Source of the DNA: a virus
Taxonomy: Duplodnaviria > Caudoviricetes
IMG/VR virus record: IMGVR_UViG_3300021343_000001
Coordinates: 1 to 57,543 of that record
Length of the DNA: 57,543 nt
Strand: one strand, 5' to 3'
Shown: positions 27,391 through 37,374 of the stretch, piece by piece
Layout of the letters: every line of letters starts with the position of its first letter
How positions within the stretch are numbered: the first letter of the stretch is position 1
Made by a program: the position numbers and the translations under genes
Notes under the pieces: model-generated
The model's database searches: none
What the model was told of the DNA's origin: nothing
What the model saw: the letters and a program-made list of their open reading frames with translations, nothing else

Positions 27391-27782
27391 TCGCACTCGC
27401 ACCCCTCCTCGGGGCAGACACATACACGGTGACGCGGCGCGAGAAGTCGACGCGCGTCAAGATGGATGTCACGCGCGGTGCGGAGTCCACCTTCGAGATC
27501 TACGCGAGCGTGCAGCCGATGTCTGGCGATGAACTCCAGCGCGAGGCACAAGGCTTGCGCGCGACGCACGGCATCAAGATTTACGCGCGCCTCGATACGA
27601 TCCTGCGCACGGTCGAGGAACCAGGCGCAGGGGCGGACGCAGGCTTGCCCGCTGACATCCTGACGTGGGAGGGGCGCGACTACCAGATCCAGCGCATCTC
27701 GCCATGGACGAACGTCGCTCTCTTGCCGCACCGCAAATACATCGCGTTCGCGCCCTCGACGGGCAGGGAGGTCGCGCCATGA
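27387..27782 (+). CDS. head closure protein
   Basis: ASVQP....L......G.R; D...WEG..Y.I; position. Confidence 0.7.
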   Translation: MIALAPLLGADTYTVTRREKSTRVKMDVTRGAESTFEIYASVQPMSGDELQREAQGLRATHGIKIYARLDTILRTVEEPGAGADAGLPADILTWEGRDYQIQRISPWTNVALLPHRKYIAFAPSTGREVAP

Positions 27783-28324
27783 GCTACAACGCGACTGCCA
27801 TCGAGAACACGATCTTTGACGCGGTGACGTTGCTCCTGCCAGGGGTGATCATCATCCCCGCAGATCAGGACATCGCGCGACCGACGAGCGACACATACGT
27901 CACGCTCAAGTGCACGAGCGACACCGGACAGGGCTTGCGCGAGTACAACCTGACGGACACCGCAGGCGCGAGCGCGGGCGAGTACGTGATGGAGGTCCAG
28001 CGCTTCCGCGAGATCGTGCTCAGTGTGCAGGCATTTGGGCCTGACGCTTACGGCACCCTGCGCGACATGGAGGCAAGGCTCGACGAGCCAGAACTCAACG
28101 CCTCCATCGATGCGCTCGGCGTGGTGCTCGCGGACTCCTCGGGCGTCTCTCGCCTGCCCGCGTACCTGAACACCGAGACCGAGGACCGCGCGGTCGTGAC
28201 ATACAACGTGCGCTATGTGCGCACCACCACACCGGAGGTCAAGGCGCTCGACAAGATCGTCGCGACGCCGGTCATCGACGACGTACCACAACCGCCCATC
28301 ACGATTGACGGGCTTGACGCATAA
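27779..28324 (+). CDS. tail terminator/completion protein
   Basis: Position before the sheath; Q...RP...YV, SVQAFG, E.RA. Confidence 0.65.
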   Translation: MSYNATAIENTIFDAVTLLLPGVIIIPADQDIARPTSDTYVTLKCTSDTGQGLREYNLTDTAGASAGEYVMEVQRFREIVLSVQAFGPDAYGTLRDMEARLDEPELNASIDALGVVLADSSGVSRLPAYLNTETEDRAVVTYNVRYVRTTTPEVKALDKIVATPVIDDVPQPPITIDGLDA

Positions 28325-28339
28325 AGGAGGCAGCAGACG

Positions 28340-29743
28340 ATGCCAGCAAACTTCAACGAAAACGTGCAGATCACGGTGACGGCTGACGCCGCGCCGGTCG
28401 GTCGCGCAGGCTTTGGCGTGCCCATCGTGGGCGACGCGGCGGGCATGTCCGAGCGCGTGCAGTATTTCACGGGCGTCTCGGGCGCATCGGCTGCGCAAAC
28501 CGCAGGCGACATCACCAGCGCGCAGCTCGCCGCGATCACCGCAGCGTTCGCGCAGAACCCTCGCCCGGCTCGCGTCGGCGCAGCGCGCACCTCCTTTACT
28601 GACGTGGCGCAAGTCGACACCGTGACCGTGGGCGGCACGCTCGCAGGCGGTGGCGGCGAGGACTTCACCGTCACCATCAACGGCACGGACTTCACGTACA
28701 CGACCGCTCCATCCGATGCGATCTCGGACGTGATCGCCGGGCTCGAGTCACTCATCAACGCAGGCAGCGAGCCTGTCACCGCTGCCGACGCATCACCCAA
28801 CCTCACGCTGACCGCTGACGTGGCGGGCGATGCCTTCACGACCGCTGTCTCGACGGACGCGGCGAGCGGCACGATCGTCTTCGTGAACACGACCGCGAAC
28901 CAATCCGTCGCGACCGAGTTGCAAGCCGTGCTCGACGAGAACAGTGATTGGTACGGCTTCACGCTCGTCTCTCGCGCTGACAAGGACGTGCGACGCGCTG
29001 CGGAGTGGGTCGAGTCGGCAAACCGCATCTACGTCGCACAGTCGAGCACGGCGGGCGTCCTGACGACCTCGACGAGTGACATCATGAGCGAGTTGCAGGA
29101 TGCGTCCTACAACCGAACGGCGTTGCTCTACTACAGCGACGACAGCGAATACGCTGACCTCGCGTGGCTCGCCACGAAGTTGGCTTGCGACCTCGATGTG
29201 AAAACGACCGTTTGGTACAACAAGACCCTTCAAGGGATTCCGGTCGATGACGCCAACGTTACGACGACGCAAAAGAACAACGCGGAAGGGAAGAACGCGA
29301 ACCTCTACCTCACGCTCGGGTCGCAAGGTTCGACAGGGCAAGGCAAGATGGCGAGCGGTCGCTTTATCGACGTGACCACCACGGTCGATTGGTACGCTGC
29401 GCGAGTGCGAGAGGAGATCCAGCAACTCTTCCTCAACGCGTCGAACCGCAACAGCAAGATCCCGTTCACCGATGACGGCTTTACTCAGGTCGAGAGCAAG
29501 GTGCGCAAGGTCTCGAATGCGGGCGTACTCGCCGGTCACTTCGAGACGACGAGCGATGGGTCGAGCCCGTTCTGTAACATGCCGCTTCGCTCCGAGGTGC
29601 TCTCGGCTGATGTGAGCGCGAGGCGTCTTCGCTTCGACTTTGGCGCGTTGCTCTCGGGCGGCATTCTCCTCGCAGTCGGTTCCGGCTACGTTTCTGACGA
29701 CACTGACACGATCACGCTGCTTGCTGGCGTGGTGGAGGCTTGA
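28340..29743 (+). CDS. contractile tail sheath (DUF3383-like)
   Basis: F.QNPRP, WY.F, W..KTL.G, G.MASG.FID....DW, KIPFTD.G. Confidence 0.9.
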   Translation: MPANFNENVQITVTADAAPVGRAGFGVPIVGDAAGMSERVQYFTGVSGASAAQTAGDITSAQLAAITAAFAQNPRPARVGAARTSFTDVAQVDTVTVGGTLAGGGGEDFTVTINGTDFTYTTAPSDAISDVIAGLESLINAGSEPVTAADASPNLTLTADVAGDAFTTAVSTDAASGTIVFVNTTANQSVATELQAVLDENSDWYGFTLVSRADKDVRRAAEWVESANRIYVAQSSTAGVLTTSTSDIMSELQDASYNRTALLYYSDDSEYADLAWLATKLACDLDVKTTVWYNKTLQGIPVDDANVTTTQKNNAEGKNANLYLTLGSQGSTGQGKMASGRFIDVTTTVDWYAARVREEIQQLFLNASNRNSKIPFTDDGFTQVESKVRKVSNAGVLAGHFETTSDGSSPFCNMPLRSEVLSADVSARRLRFDFGALLSGGILLAVGSGYVSDDTDTITLLAGVVEA

Positions 29744-29745
29744 AC

Positions 29746-30177
29746 ATGAGTTTTCCTTACGACTTGAAGCGCGTCGCGGTCATCGTCAACGGCGTACCCC
29801 TCACGGGCGCAGCCGACGGAGACTTCGTGACGTGGACGCCAAACGGCAACGTGCACGAGAAGACGCCAGGTGCGCGCGGCGAATACGCGGTCTCTCGCAC
29901 AAACGACGAGGGCGGCACGATCGCCTTCAGCGTGTGGCAAGGCGCGCGAGGTCCAGCGGTCACGCTCGATGCGATCGTCGAGTTGCAGAAGAGCGCGGGG
30001 CTCTCGGCGGCGACGTTCGTCGAGATCCAGATCAAGGACTTGCAGACCGGCGAGCATCTCGTGTTCCCGCAGTGCTGGATCGAGACCGAGCCGACGCGCG
30101 CATTCGGTGCGACGCAGCAGGCTCGCGAGTACGTGTTCGCGTGCGATACGCATGTGGTCGTGCCTCGCACGCCATGA
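29746..30177 (+). CDS. tail tube protein (DUF3277-like)
   Basis: YD.K.V.V.VNG...TG..DG.F, GA.GE, G.I; follows the sheath. Confidence 0.85.
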   Translation: MSFPYDLKRVAVIVNGVPLTGAADGDFVTWTPNGNVHEKTPGARGEYAVSRTNDEGGTIAFSVWQGARGPAVTLDAIVELQKSAGLSAATFVEIQIKDLQTGEHLVFPQCWIETEPTRAFGATQQAREYVFACDTHVVVPRTP

Positions 30178-30237
30178 TCAACGGCGCAGGTGGCACACTC
30201 GCCGCCTGCGCCTTCTACACATCGAAGAGGAGAGAAG

Positions 30238-30816
30238 ATGGAGCAAGCACCAGATCAGAACAAGTACGGCGTCAAGACCGTACACAGGCGCACGATCGAC
30301 GGACACGAGTACACGACAACGCTTTACCCTGCGGGGTTTGGATTCGATCAGTTGCCGATGATCCTCGACCTCGCAGGCGGACCGGCAGCGCTCGCGCTCG
30401 AGTCTATGCAAGCACTTATGGGCTTGCAGTCAGGCGAGCATGTCAGCGGCACCGTGCTCAAGGAAGCAATGCGCGACCTCGCGACCGCGCTCGTCAAGCA
30501 TGGCGGCTCGAGCAAGGCTCGCGAGCTTCTCGAGCACACCGAGATTCGAGGACCGCACGGCGTGCAGCGCGTGAGTGATGCGTTCGACGCTTGCTTTCAG
30601 GGGAGATACGACACGCTGTTCAAGGTGCTAGGGTTCGTCCTGGAGGTGAACTTCGTCCCTTTTTGGCGAGACGCCCTCTCGGGCGTCTCCTCCCGATGGA
30701 CCGAGATCATGCAAGGCTATCTGCGAGGCTCGAACCCATCATCGCCCGAAGCAACGTCGGCGGATGGGATTCGAGCCTCCTCAGAATCTCCAAGAAATTC
30801 GGCACCGACCCCGTAA
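30238..30816 (+). CDS. tail assembly chaperone (gpG-like)
   Basis: Between tube and tape measure; FD..F.G.Y..L..V..F.LEVNF.PF. Confidence 0.8.
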   Translation: MEQAPDQNKYGVKTVHRRTIDGHEYTTTLYPAGFGFDQLPMILDLAGGPAALALESMQALMGLQSGEHVSGTVLKEAMRDLATALVKHGGSSKARELLEHTEIRGPHGVQRVSDAFDACFQGRYDTLFKVLGFVLEVNFVPFWRDALSGVSSRWTEIMQGYLRGSNPSSPEATSADGIRASSESPRNSAPTP

Positions 30817-30920
30817 GAATCCGCCAGTCGTGGACGCTTTACGACGTGCTTAACGCGCTCGAGGATCTCGACATCGAGCAAGCCGTGCAGCAAATCGCGA
30901 GGGAAGCAAACAGCAGATGA
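30657..30920 (+). CDS. -1 frameshift extension of the tail assembly chaperone (gpGT-like)
   Basis: In-frame slippery heptamer C-CCT-TTT at 30657-30663; -1 frame open to 30920 (WTLYDVLNALEDLD). Confidence 0.75.
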   Translation, partial: PFLARRPLGRLLPMDRDHARLSARLEPIIARSNVGGWDSSLLRISKKFGTDPVRIRQSWTLYDVLNALEDLDIEQAVQQIAREANSR

Positions 30921-32536
30921 TCGCTGACTCACTCTACATCGCCTTCGGGCTCCAGCCTGACAAGCAGTCGATCCGCAACGCGCGCGGTGCGATCTCGAGG
31001 TTTGCCAGTGACGCGCGCCAGCGTATCGGGCAGATCGCCACGATCGGCGCTGCTGCTGTCGCGGCTGGTGCGGTCGCGGCTGGTGCTGCGTTGAAAGAAG
31101 CGCTCGACACCGCAGACGATGCAGCAAAGGCCGCGCGTCGCGTCGGCGTGACGACCGAGGCGTTGCAAGAGTTGGAGTATGCGGCGGGGCTCTCGGGCGT
31201 CGCCGTCGAGGATTTGCGCAACGGCGTGACGAAGTTGTCTGCCCGCGTCAACGACGCCGCGAAAGGCAACAAGGAACTCGTCAAGACCTTTCGAGAACTG
31301 AACCTCGACGCGAAGGAACTCGACAAGTTGTCGCCGGATCAGCAGTTCGAGAAGGTCGCCGGTGCGTTGAACAACATCGACAACCAGGGCAAGCGCACGC
31401 GCCTCACGATGAAACTGCTCGAAGAGATGGGGCCGAAGTTCGCGAGCATGTTCGCCGCAGGAGAGGAGGGCATTCGAGCCATGCGCGAGGAAGCGCAACG
31501 GCTCGGGCTCATCATCAGCGACGATCAGGCGCAAGCGGCCGAGAAGTTCAACGACCGACTGAGCAAGATTCAGCAAGTCGGGCAGGCGATGATTCGCCAG
31601 TTCTTCTTGCGGCTGCTGCCCGAGCTGAGCATGTTCCTCGATGCCTTCAAGTCCTTTAACGACCGCGAGGGGAGCGAGTTCGTCGATCTCCTCTCGGGCT
31701 CGGTGCGCATCGGCAGCAAGTTTATCCAGACCATGGCGTTTATCGTCAAGGGGATGGATCGCATCAGCAACGCCATCGGTGATTCGCGAGAGCAGTTGCT
31801 CGTGTTCGCGGCGACCTTCGGGACCGCGATGGCGATCTTCATGCCGCAAGTCACGCTGTTTGTCGGCGCGCTCGTCGCCGCGCTCGTGATCCTCGACGAC
31901 ATTCGCGCGTGGAGTGAGGGCAACCCGTCGGTGCTCGGTCAACTCGTCGGTGAGTATGACCCTGACGGCGAGGTCGCGAAGGCAGCAGCGGGCATCAAGG
32001 ATCTCTTCAAGGGTGCGCAGGATGAGACCGAGGACTTCTTCACCTTCCTGCTAAACGCGGGCAGCGAGTTCGAGAAGTGGAAGCGCGATGTTTCAAACAT
32101 CGACCTGCTCGGGGAGAACGCCGCGCAGGAATGGGAGTTGTATACGATCCAGGCCACGAACCTGTGGAACGAGATGACGGACAACCTCGCGGAAGATTTT
32201 GGCGAGTTGATCGACGACATCACGCGCAAACTCGAGCAGTTCATTGGCATCCTGAAACAGCCGCTCGATATGGCGCGCGGTGTGCTCGGGCGTGTGCAGG
32301 GTGGAGCATCTCGGCTCGCTCAAGAGGTATCATCAGGGGCGACAAGTCAGCGACTCCTGACGGGAGCGTCGAACGTCATCAACAACGCAGGGCGCTCGAT
32401 CAGTCAATCGATCTCGATGCCTATCAGCGTCGATGTCACGGGCATGACCCCGGAAGAGGCGACGAACGTCGTGCGCGGCGGCATCACGACCGCGTGGGCA
32501 GACATTCGCGACGCTTACCAGGGCGGGGAGGACTGA
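30917..32536 (+). CDS. tape measure protein
   Basis: Ala-rich helical protein; A.RVGVTTEALQEL.YAA.LSG; central hydrophobic segment. Confidence 0.88.
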   Translation: MIADSLYIAFGLQPDKQSIRNARGAISRFASDARQRIGQIATIGAAAVAAGAVAAGAALKEALDTADDAAKAARRVGVTTEALQELEYAAGLSGVAVEDLRNGVTKLSARVNDAAKGNKELVKTFRELNLDAKELDKLSPDQQFEKVAGALNNIDNQGKRTRLTMKLLEEMGPKFASMFAAGEEGIRAMREEAQRLGLIISDDQAQAAEKFNDRLSKIQQVGQAMIRQFFLRLLPELSMFLDAFKSFNDREGSEFVDLLSGSVRIGSKFIQTMAFIVKGMDRISNAIGDSREQLLVFAATFGTAMAIFMPQVTLFVGALVAALVILDDIRAWSEGNPSVLGQLVGEYDPDGEVAKAAAGIKDLFKGAQDETEDFFTFLLNAGSEFEKWKRDVSNIDLLGENAAQEWELYTIQATNLWNEMTDNLAEDFGELIDDITRKLEQFIGILKQPLDMARGVLGRVQGGASRLAQEVSSGATSQRLLTGASNVINNAGRSISQSISMPISVDVTGMTPEEATNVVRGGITTAWADIRDAYQGGED

Positions 32537-32537
32537 C

Positions 32538-33128
32538 ATGGCATCACCACCCATCGTGATCGAACCTCGCGCGACGCGCGGCATGACCATCCTCGACGAC
32601 AACCTCGAGGTGATCCTCGTGTGTGACGCGACCGTGCAAGAGAAGCACAACGCGAAGGCTCGCATCACGCAATACCCTCGCGAGGACCGCAGCCCGGCGA
32701 GCGACCATATCCAGCCCGAGCAACTCATGCTCGACGCTGACATCATCGTCTCGCCTACAAGCCTGATTCCAGGCGAGGCTCGACGCGGGCGCGACCGTGA
32801 CGCATACGAAGTGCTGCGCGCGCTCCAGACGCAGGGCCGCACCGTCACGCTCGTAACGTCGCTGCGCGTTTACACCGGCATGGCGCTCGGCTCGTGCATC
32901 GCGACACGCACGAGCCAGACGGGGCAGGTGCTCGAGGCGGCGACATCCTGGCAACAGATCGAGGTCGCCAACACGCAGGCGACGACCATCCCCGCGAGCG
33001 TGATCGCCGCTGTCGCTCGCTCGAGCGGCAAGGGTAAGGACAAGACAAAGGATCAGGTCTCTCAGGAAGAGGCCGAGATCGACCAGGGCAGCCTCGCCTA
33101 TGATGTGTTCTATGGAGGTGGCGAATGA
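32538..33128 (+). CDS. baseplate/tube initiator (Dit-like)
   Basis: E.H.....IT.YP.E....SDH....P; T.LRVY..M. Confidence 0.75.
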   Translation: MASPPIVIEPRATRGMTILDDNLEVILVCDATVQEKHNAKARITQYPREDRSPASDHIQPEQLMLDADIIVSPTSLIPGEARRGRDRDAYEVLRALQTQGRTVTLVTSLRVYTGMALGSCIATRTSQTGQVLEAATSWQQIEVANTQATTIPASVIAAVARSSGKGKDKTKDQVSQEEAEIDQGSLAYDVFYGGGE

Positions 33129-33532
33129 TCCTGAGTTTGATCACATTGCGTCCCTCGCTGCTCGCGTACCAAACAGAGGTTGTCATCGAGGGCGTGACGC
33201 TGATTCTCGATGTCGAGTATCGTGCGCGCACAAACGATTGGTTCCTCTCGGTGTACGATGTCGCGCTCTCCCCGATCGTCGAGGGCGTGCGCGTCAACTC
33301 GAACACCGACCTGTTTCGAGGGCTACGCGATAGCAGGATGCCTGATGGCGTCTTTATCGCGCTGAGTGCCCCCGAGATCACCACGCCTCGTATCGGTCAA
33401 CTCGGTGATGCGGCAAAGCTCTACTTCGCATCTCAGGATGCGATCGACGCGCTGCGCGAGGCTGACGCAGACGGCTGGCGCGCGCTCATCACGCCGCAAG
33501 CGATCAAGTCCGTGACCCCGGTGGTGCCATGA
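33125..33532 (+). CDS. baseplate protein
   Basis: Position; Y..R...W.L...D.....I..G. Confidence 0.65.
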   Translation: MILSLITLRPSLLAYQTEVVIEGVTLILDVEYRARTNDWFLSVYDVALSPIVEGVRVNSNTDLFRGLRDSRMPDGVFIALSAPEITTPRIGQLGDAAKLYFASQDAIDALREADADGWRALITPQAIKSVTPVVP

Positions 33533-34380
33533 GCAGGATTTTTGGCAGGACATACCGCCTCGTTATCGGCAAGTCCGGGCAACGCGGCGTCGAGATCACG
33601 GGGCTGCGCATCTCATTTCGCGTCGAGAAATTCGACGGGAGCACGCCCAACGTTGGCGAGATCAAGGTGTGGAACCTCTCGCAGACGACGCGAGCACTGG
33701 CGCGCGAGCCTGATACGCTCGTACAGTTGTACGCAGGCTATCAGGATGTCACGCCATTGATCTTCCTCGGCGCGGTCACTCGCGTGTCTGTCGAGGATGA
33801 TGGCGTCGACAGCGTGACGACGATCACGAGCGGCAAGCAGACGACGCAGGCGCTCCCCATCGCGCAGTCTTTCAAGGGTCAGCAAAAACTAGGAGGCTTG
33901 CTCACCAAAGTTGCCGAGCGTTACGCACCTGAAGGGGTCGACCTGAGCGCGATTCAGGACATTCCCGCGAGCGGCCCGCGCGGCATCACGCTCTCGGGTG
34001 AGCCCACGGACGTGCTCAACAAACTGACGCGCGCGAACAACCTCGATTGGTTCATCGAAGACGGTATCGTCAAGGTCGTGCCACGCGGCGCGAGCACACA
34101 GGACACCGCGTTTATCCTCTCGCCATCGTCAGGGCTCGAGGGCTCACCGCGAGCGCTCAAGCCATCTGCCAGCGTGGGAGGCTCTCGCCTGTCTGTCGAG
34201 GCTACAGCGCGCCTCAACGGCGAACTGCGCACGCGGCGTCTCGTGCAGATCGCAGGCACCACAGATCATGCCGGTTGGTATTTGATACGGCGCGTGTTGC
34301 ACGAGGGCGACCTGTGGGGCACGGGCGCGAAGAGCTGGAGCACGACCATCGAGGCAACGCCGATCGAGGAGGTAGCATGA
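33529..34380 (+). CDS. baseplate hub protein
   Basis: LRI.F.VEK....PN...I.VWNL, L.AGY, IF.G, W.I.DG, GL.GSP. Confidence 0.8.
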   Translation: MSRIFGRTYRLVIGKSGQRGVEITGLRISFRVEKFDGSTPNVGEIKVWNLSQTTRALAREPDTLVQLYAGYQDVTPLIFLGAVTRVSVEDDGVDSVTTITSGKQTTQALPIAQSFKGQQKLGGLLTKVAERYAPEGVDLSAIQDIPASGPRGITLSGEPTDVLNKLTRANNLDWFIEDGIVKVVPRGASTQDTAFILSPSSGLEGSPRALKPSASVGGSRLSVEATARLNGELRTRRLVQIAGTTDHAGWYLIRRVLHEGDLWGTGAKSWSTTIEATPIEEVA

Positions 34381-35186
34381 CGGACACCATCGACAAACGA
34401 ACGCCGAGCGCGGCGGAGGCGATCGGCTACGTCGCCAGGAAGGAGATCGCTAAGGTGCGCACGCGCGTTCCTGGCGTGATCCAGGCTTACGACGCGAGCG
34501 AGCAATCGTGCGAAGTCAAGGTTGGCATCAAGCGCAGGCTCGAGGACGGCACCTTCTTTGAAGACCCTGTGCTTGTGAATGTCCCGGTGATGTTCCCCCA
34601 GGGCGGCGGCTTCTGTATGCACTTCCCGCTCGAGTCAGGCGACCCCGTCATGGTCGAGTTCTGCGAGCGCTCTGTTGACGAGTGGCTGCTCGCCTCGTCG
34701 GTGATCACCAACGCCGAGCCGAGCGACCCGCGACGCTTCGACGTGAGCGACGCGACCGTCACCGCAGGGCTCTCGATCTTCGCGGACCCGATGCCCGCAG
34801 CGATGGCAAAAACAGACGCCATCACGATCGGCGTGCGCAGCGGAGACACGCGCGTCGAGATCAAATCGAGCGGCGCGATCGACATCATCAGCGATGGCGG
34901 CACGCAAATCAGCATGGCGCTCGATGGCTCGATCACGCTGACCTCGACCTCGTTCGCGAACCTTGGCGGCGCGGCGGCTTCACTGCTCGCGAAGGCAGCG
35001 GAGACGATGACCAACTTCACGAACATCGCAGCGATCATCAATGAGTTCGCATCGCTCTATGCGATCGCGCTCGCCGCTGCAAACACCGCAGGCTCGGCAG
35101 TACCTATCGTTGTCGAGCCAGGCGGGATAACGGTTCCCGCGTACACGCCAACGCCAGTCACGACCACGAAAGCGAGGGGCGTATAA
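34377..35186 (+). CDS. baseplate spike (Gp138/gpV-like)
   Basis: PG.I..YD, L.NVPV.FP.GGG....FP...GD...V.F.ER..D.W, R.FD.SDA. Confidence 0.85.
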   Translation: MTDTIDKRTPSAAEAIGYVARKEIAKVRTRVPGVIQAYDASEQSCEVKVGIKRRLEDGTFFEDPVLVNVPVMFPQGGGFCMHFPLESGDPVMVEFCERSVDEWLLASSVITNAEPSDPRRFDVSDATVTAGLSIFADPMPAAMAKTDAITIGVRSGDTRVEIKSSGAIDIISDGGTQISMALDGSITLTSTSFANLGGAAASLLAKAAETMTNFTNIAAIINEFASLYAIALAAANTAGSAVPIVVEPGGITVPAYTPTPVTTTKARGV

Positions 35187-35620
35187 TGGATCTGCTCATC
35201 GACCAGAGCACGAACGCCTTGACGCTCGTCAACGGCGACCTGGTGTTAACCTCGCCCGGCGTCGAGACCGTGGGGCAGCGCGTGTTGCTGCGCCTCGCGC
35301 TCTACCTTGGCGAATGGTTCCTGAATCAGAGCGAGGGCACACCGTGGCGCGAGTCGATCCTCGTGCGTCCGGTGGACCTCGAGTCTGTGCGCTCGATCCT
35401 CGCGACACGCATCGCGACATGCCCCGGCATCGACTCGGTGGCAGAGCTGAACCTCACGCTCGAGCGCGCGACGCGGCGGCTCTCGTTTGACTTCACGGCG
35501 CTTATCACGCAAGGCGCGCCGGGATTCGAGGATCAATCGACAATCAGCGCATCGGGGCTGATCGCGCTCGACGACTCCGAATTGCTCTGCCTTGTGGAAA
35601 TGGGAGGCGGCTACTTATGA
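35186..35620 (+). CDS. sheath initiator / wedge (gp25/DUF2634-like)
   Basis: Q....RL..Y.GEWFL....G.PW. Confidence 0.8.
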   Translation: MDLLIDQSTNALTLVNGDLVLTSPGVETVGQRVLLRLALYLGEWFLNQSEGTPWRESILVRPVDLESVRSILATRIATCPGIDSVAELNLTLERATRRLSFDFTALITQGAPGFEDQSTISASGLIALDDSELLCLVEMGGGYL

Positions 35621-36813
35621 GCGGACTGACTTCAACAGGCTTCACGACGAGGCGACTGCAAGAGATCCTCGACGCGATCGACGCGGAGCTGCTCGCGAAC
35701 GTGTCGGATCAACTCAACCTCGACGGCGAGGAGAGCGTGATCGGGCAGATTCGCGGGGTGCTCGCGCAAGAGATCTCGCTCGTGTGGGAATCTCTCGCAG
35801 ACCTTTACCGCGCGCTCGATCCAAACAGCGCGGTCGGTGAGCAGCTCGACATCATCGGGCGGTTCAACGGGCTGACACGCCTTGGCGCTGCGCGAGGCAT
35901 CGGCACCATCACGGCGACCGGTACGCCCGGCACGATCATCCCCGCTGGCTCGCGCGCATCGAACAGCACGACGCAAGTCATCGTCGAGACCTCCTCCGAT
36001 GCGACCATCGGCGGGGGTGGTACGGTGTCTATCCCCGTGCGCAGCGTCGAAGCGGCGCTCGTTGTCTCGGGGGTCGACGGCATCGACACCATCGTCACGC
36101 CGGTCGCAGGGTGGGCGAGCATCAGCGCTTCGAGCGCGTTGACCGGCTCGCGTGATCAGGAGAGTGACGCGGACTATCGCGCGCGCCTCGCGTCCATTCG
36201 GGCGATCGTGGCGAGCGTCGAGGGGGCGATTCGCGCGCGACTGCTCGAAGTCGATGGCGTCGACGAGTGCCTCGTGATCAGCAACCGCACGAGCGTGACA
36301 GACAGCAACTCGACGCCGCCGCACTCGGCGCGCATCGTGATTTCGCCTGATCTCGAAGGACAAACCGCCATCGAGGAAGCCATCGCGGCGGCGATCTTCG
36401 AGACGCTCCCCGCTGGCATTGACTCGTATGGCGTGGGCTCAGAGGCGCAAGAGGCGACCGTTGTCGATGCGCAAGGGTATGATCAGACAGTGCGCTGGGA
36501 GTACGGCGAGCAGGTCGATATTTACGTGACCATGGATGTAAGCGTCAGGGTGCAAGACACGCTGCTCTCGCAATCCGAGGCAGAGACCGCGATCCGCGAG
36601 GGCATCGAGGACTACATCAATGCGCTCGATCTGGGTGACGACGTGCGCCCCTCTGCGCTGCAAGGCATCGCAGAAGATGTGGTCCCGATCTGGAGCGTCG
36701 ATACGCTCAACCTTGGCACATCGCCCGGACCGAGCGGAACGGGCTCGATCAACCTCCTGTTCAACCAGTTTGCAAACGCGGACACGGTGACAATCTCGGT
36801 GACGCTGATATGA
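35617..36813 (+). CDS. baseplate J-like wedge protein
   Basis: A.G.QLD.....G..R..A, GT.IPAG, G.D.ESD..YR.R, PPHS. Confidence 0.9.
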   Translation: MSGLTSTGFTTRRLQEILDAIDAELLANVSDQLNLDGEESVIGQIRGVLAQEISLVWESLADLYRALDPNSAVGEQLDIIGRFNGLTRLGAARGIGTITATGTPGTIIPAGSRASNSTTQVIVETSSDATIGGGGTVSIPVRSVEAALVVSGVDGIDTIVTPVAGWASISASSALTGSRDQESDADYRARLASIRAIVASVEGAIRARLLEVDGVDECLVISNRTSVTDSNSTPPHSARIVISPDLEGQTAIEEAIAAAIFETLPAGIDSYGVGSEAQEATVVDAQGYDQTVRWEYGEQVDIYVTMDVSVRVQDTLLSQSEAETAIREGIEDYINALDLGDDVRPSALQGIAEDVVPIWSVDTLNLGTSPGPSGTGSINLLFNQFANADTVTISVTLI

Positions 36814-37373
36814 CAACCTACATCGCAGACCATCCACAGCGCGCGCGCGACCTGCTCGGGAGCAAGGTCAAGTCGGTTGACCACGTGCAGGAGATCGTCA
36901 GCGCCATCGCTGACGAGGTGCAGGTCGTCGAGGACTCGACATACGATGTCGCGCTCTCGCGCTCGGTGGAGTTCGCCACAGGCGATCAGCTCGACAAGCT
37001 CGGCGCGCTCGTCGGTGAGCGACGCGACACGCTCGACGACAACACCTATCGACGCTTTATCGCAGGCGCGATCCAGATCAAGCGATCGCTCGGCACTGCG
37101 CCGCAGATGATCGAACTCGTTTCGACGCTCACGGGCTCGCCAGACGTTCGCCTGATCGGCACGTATCCCGCAGCGTTTGCCGTCGGGTATGTCGTGCCAG
37201 AGGCGTTCTCCTCGAGCCTGCGCGCGCGCATCAAGGATCGTGTCTTGCGAGGTGCGCCCGCTGGCGTCGAGGTGCAGTTGATCGAATCCGTTGGTACAAT
37301 GCGCGAGGGTGACACGCTCTTGCTCGACGTGACGCCCGGATTTGACGGGCCTGGCATGGGAGATCTCTACTGA
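36810..37373 (+). CDS. baseplate wedge 2 (DUF2612/gp48-like)
   Basis: A.G.QLD.LG..VG..R..LDD..YR, PAGV. Confidence 0.8.
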   Translation: MTTYIADHPQRARDLLGSKVKSVDHVQEIVSAIADEVQVVEDSTYDVALSRSVEFATGDQLDKLGALVGERRDTLDDNTYRRFIAGAIQIKRSLGTAPQMIELVSTLTGSPDVRLIGTYPAAFAVGYVVPEAFSSSLRARIKDRVLRGAPAGVEVQLIESVGTMREGDTLLLDVTPGFDGPGMGDLY

Positions 37374-37374
37374 T

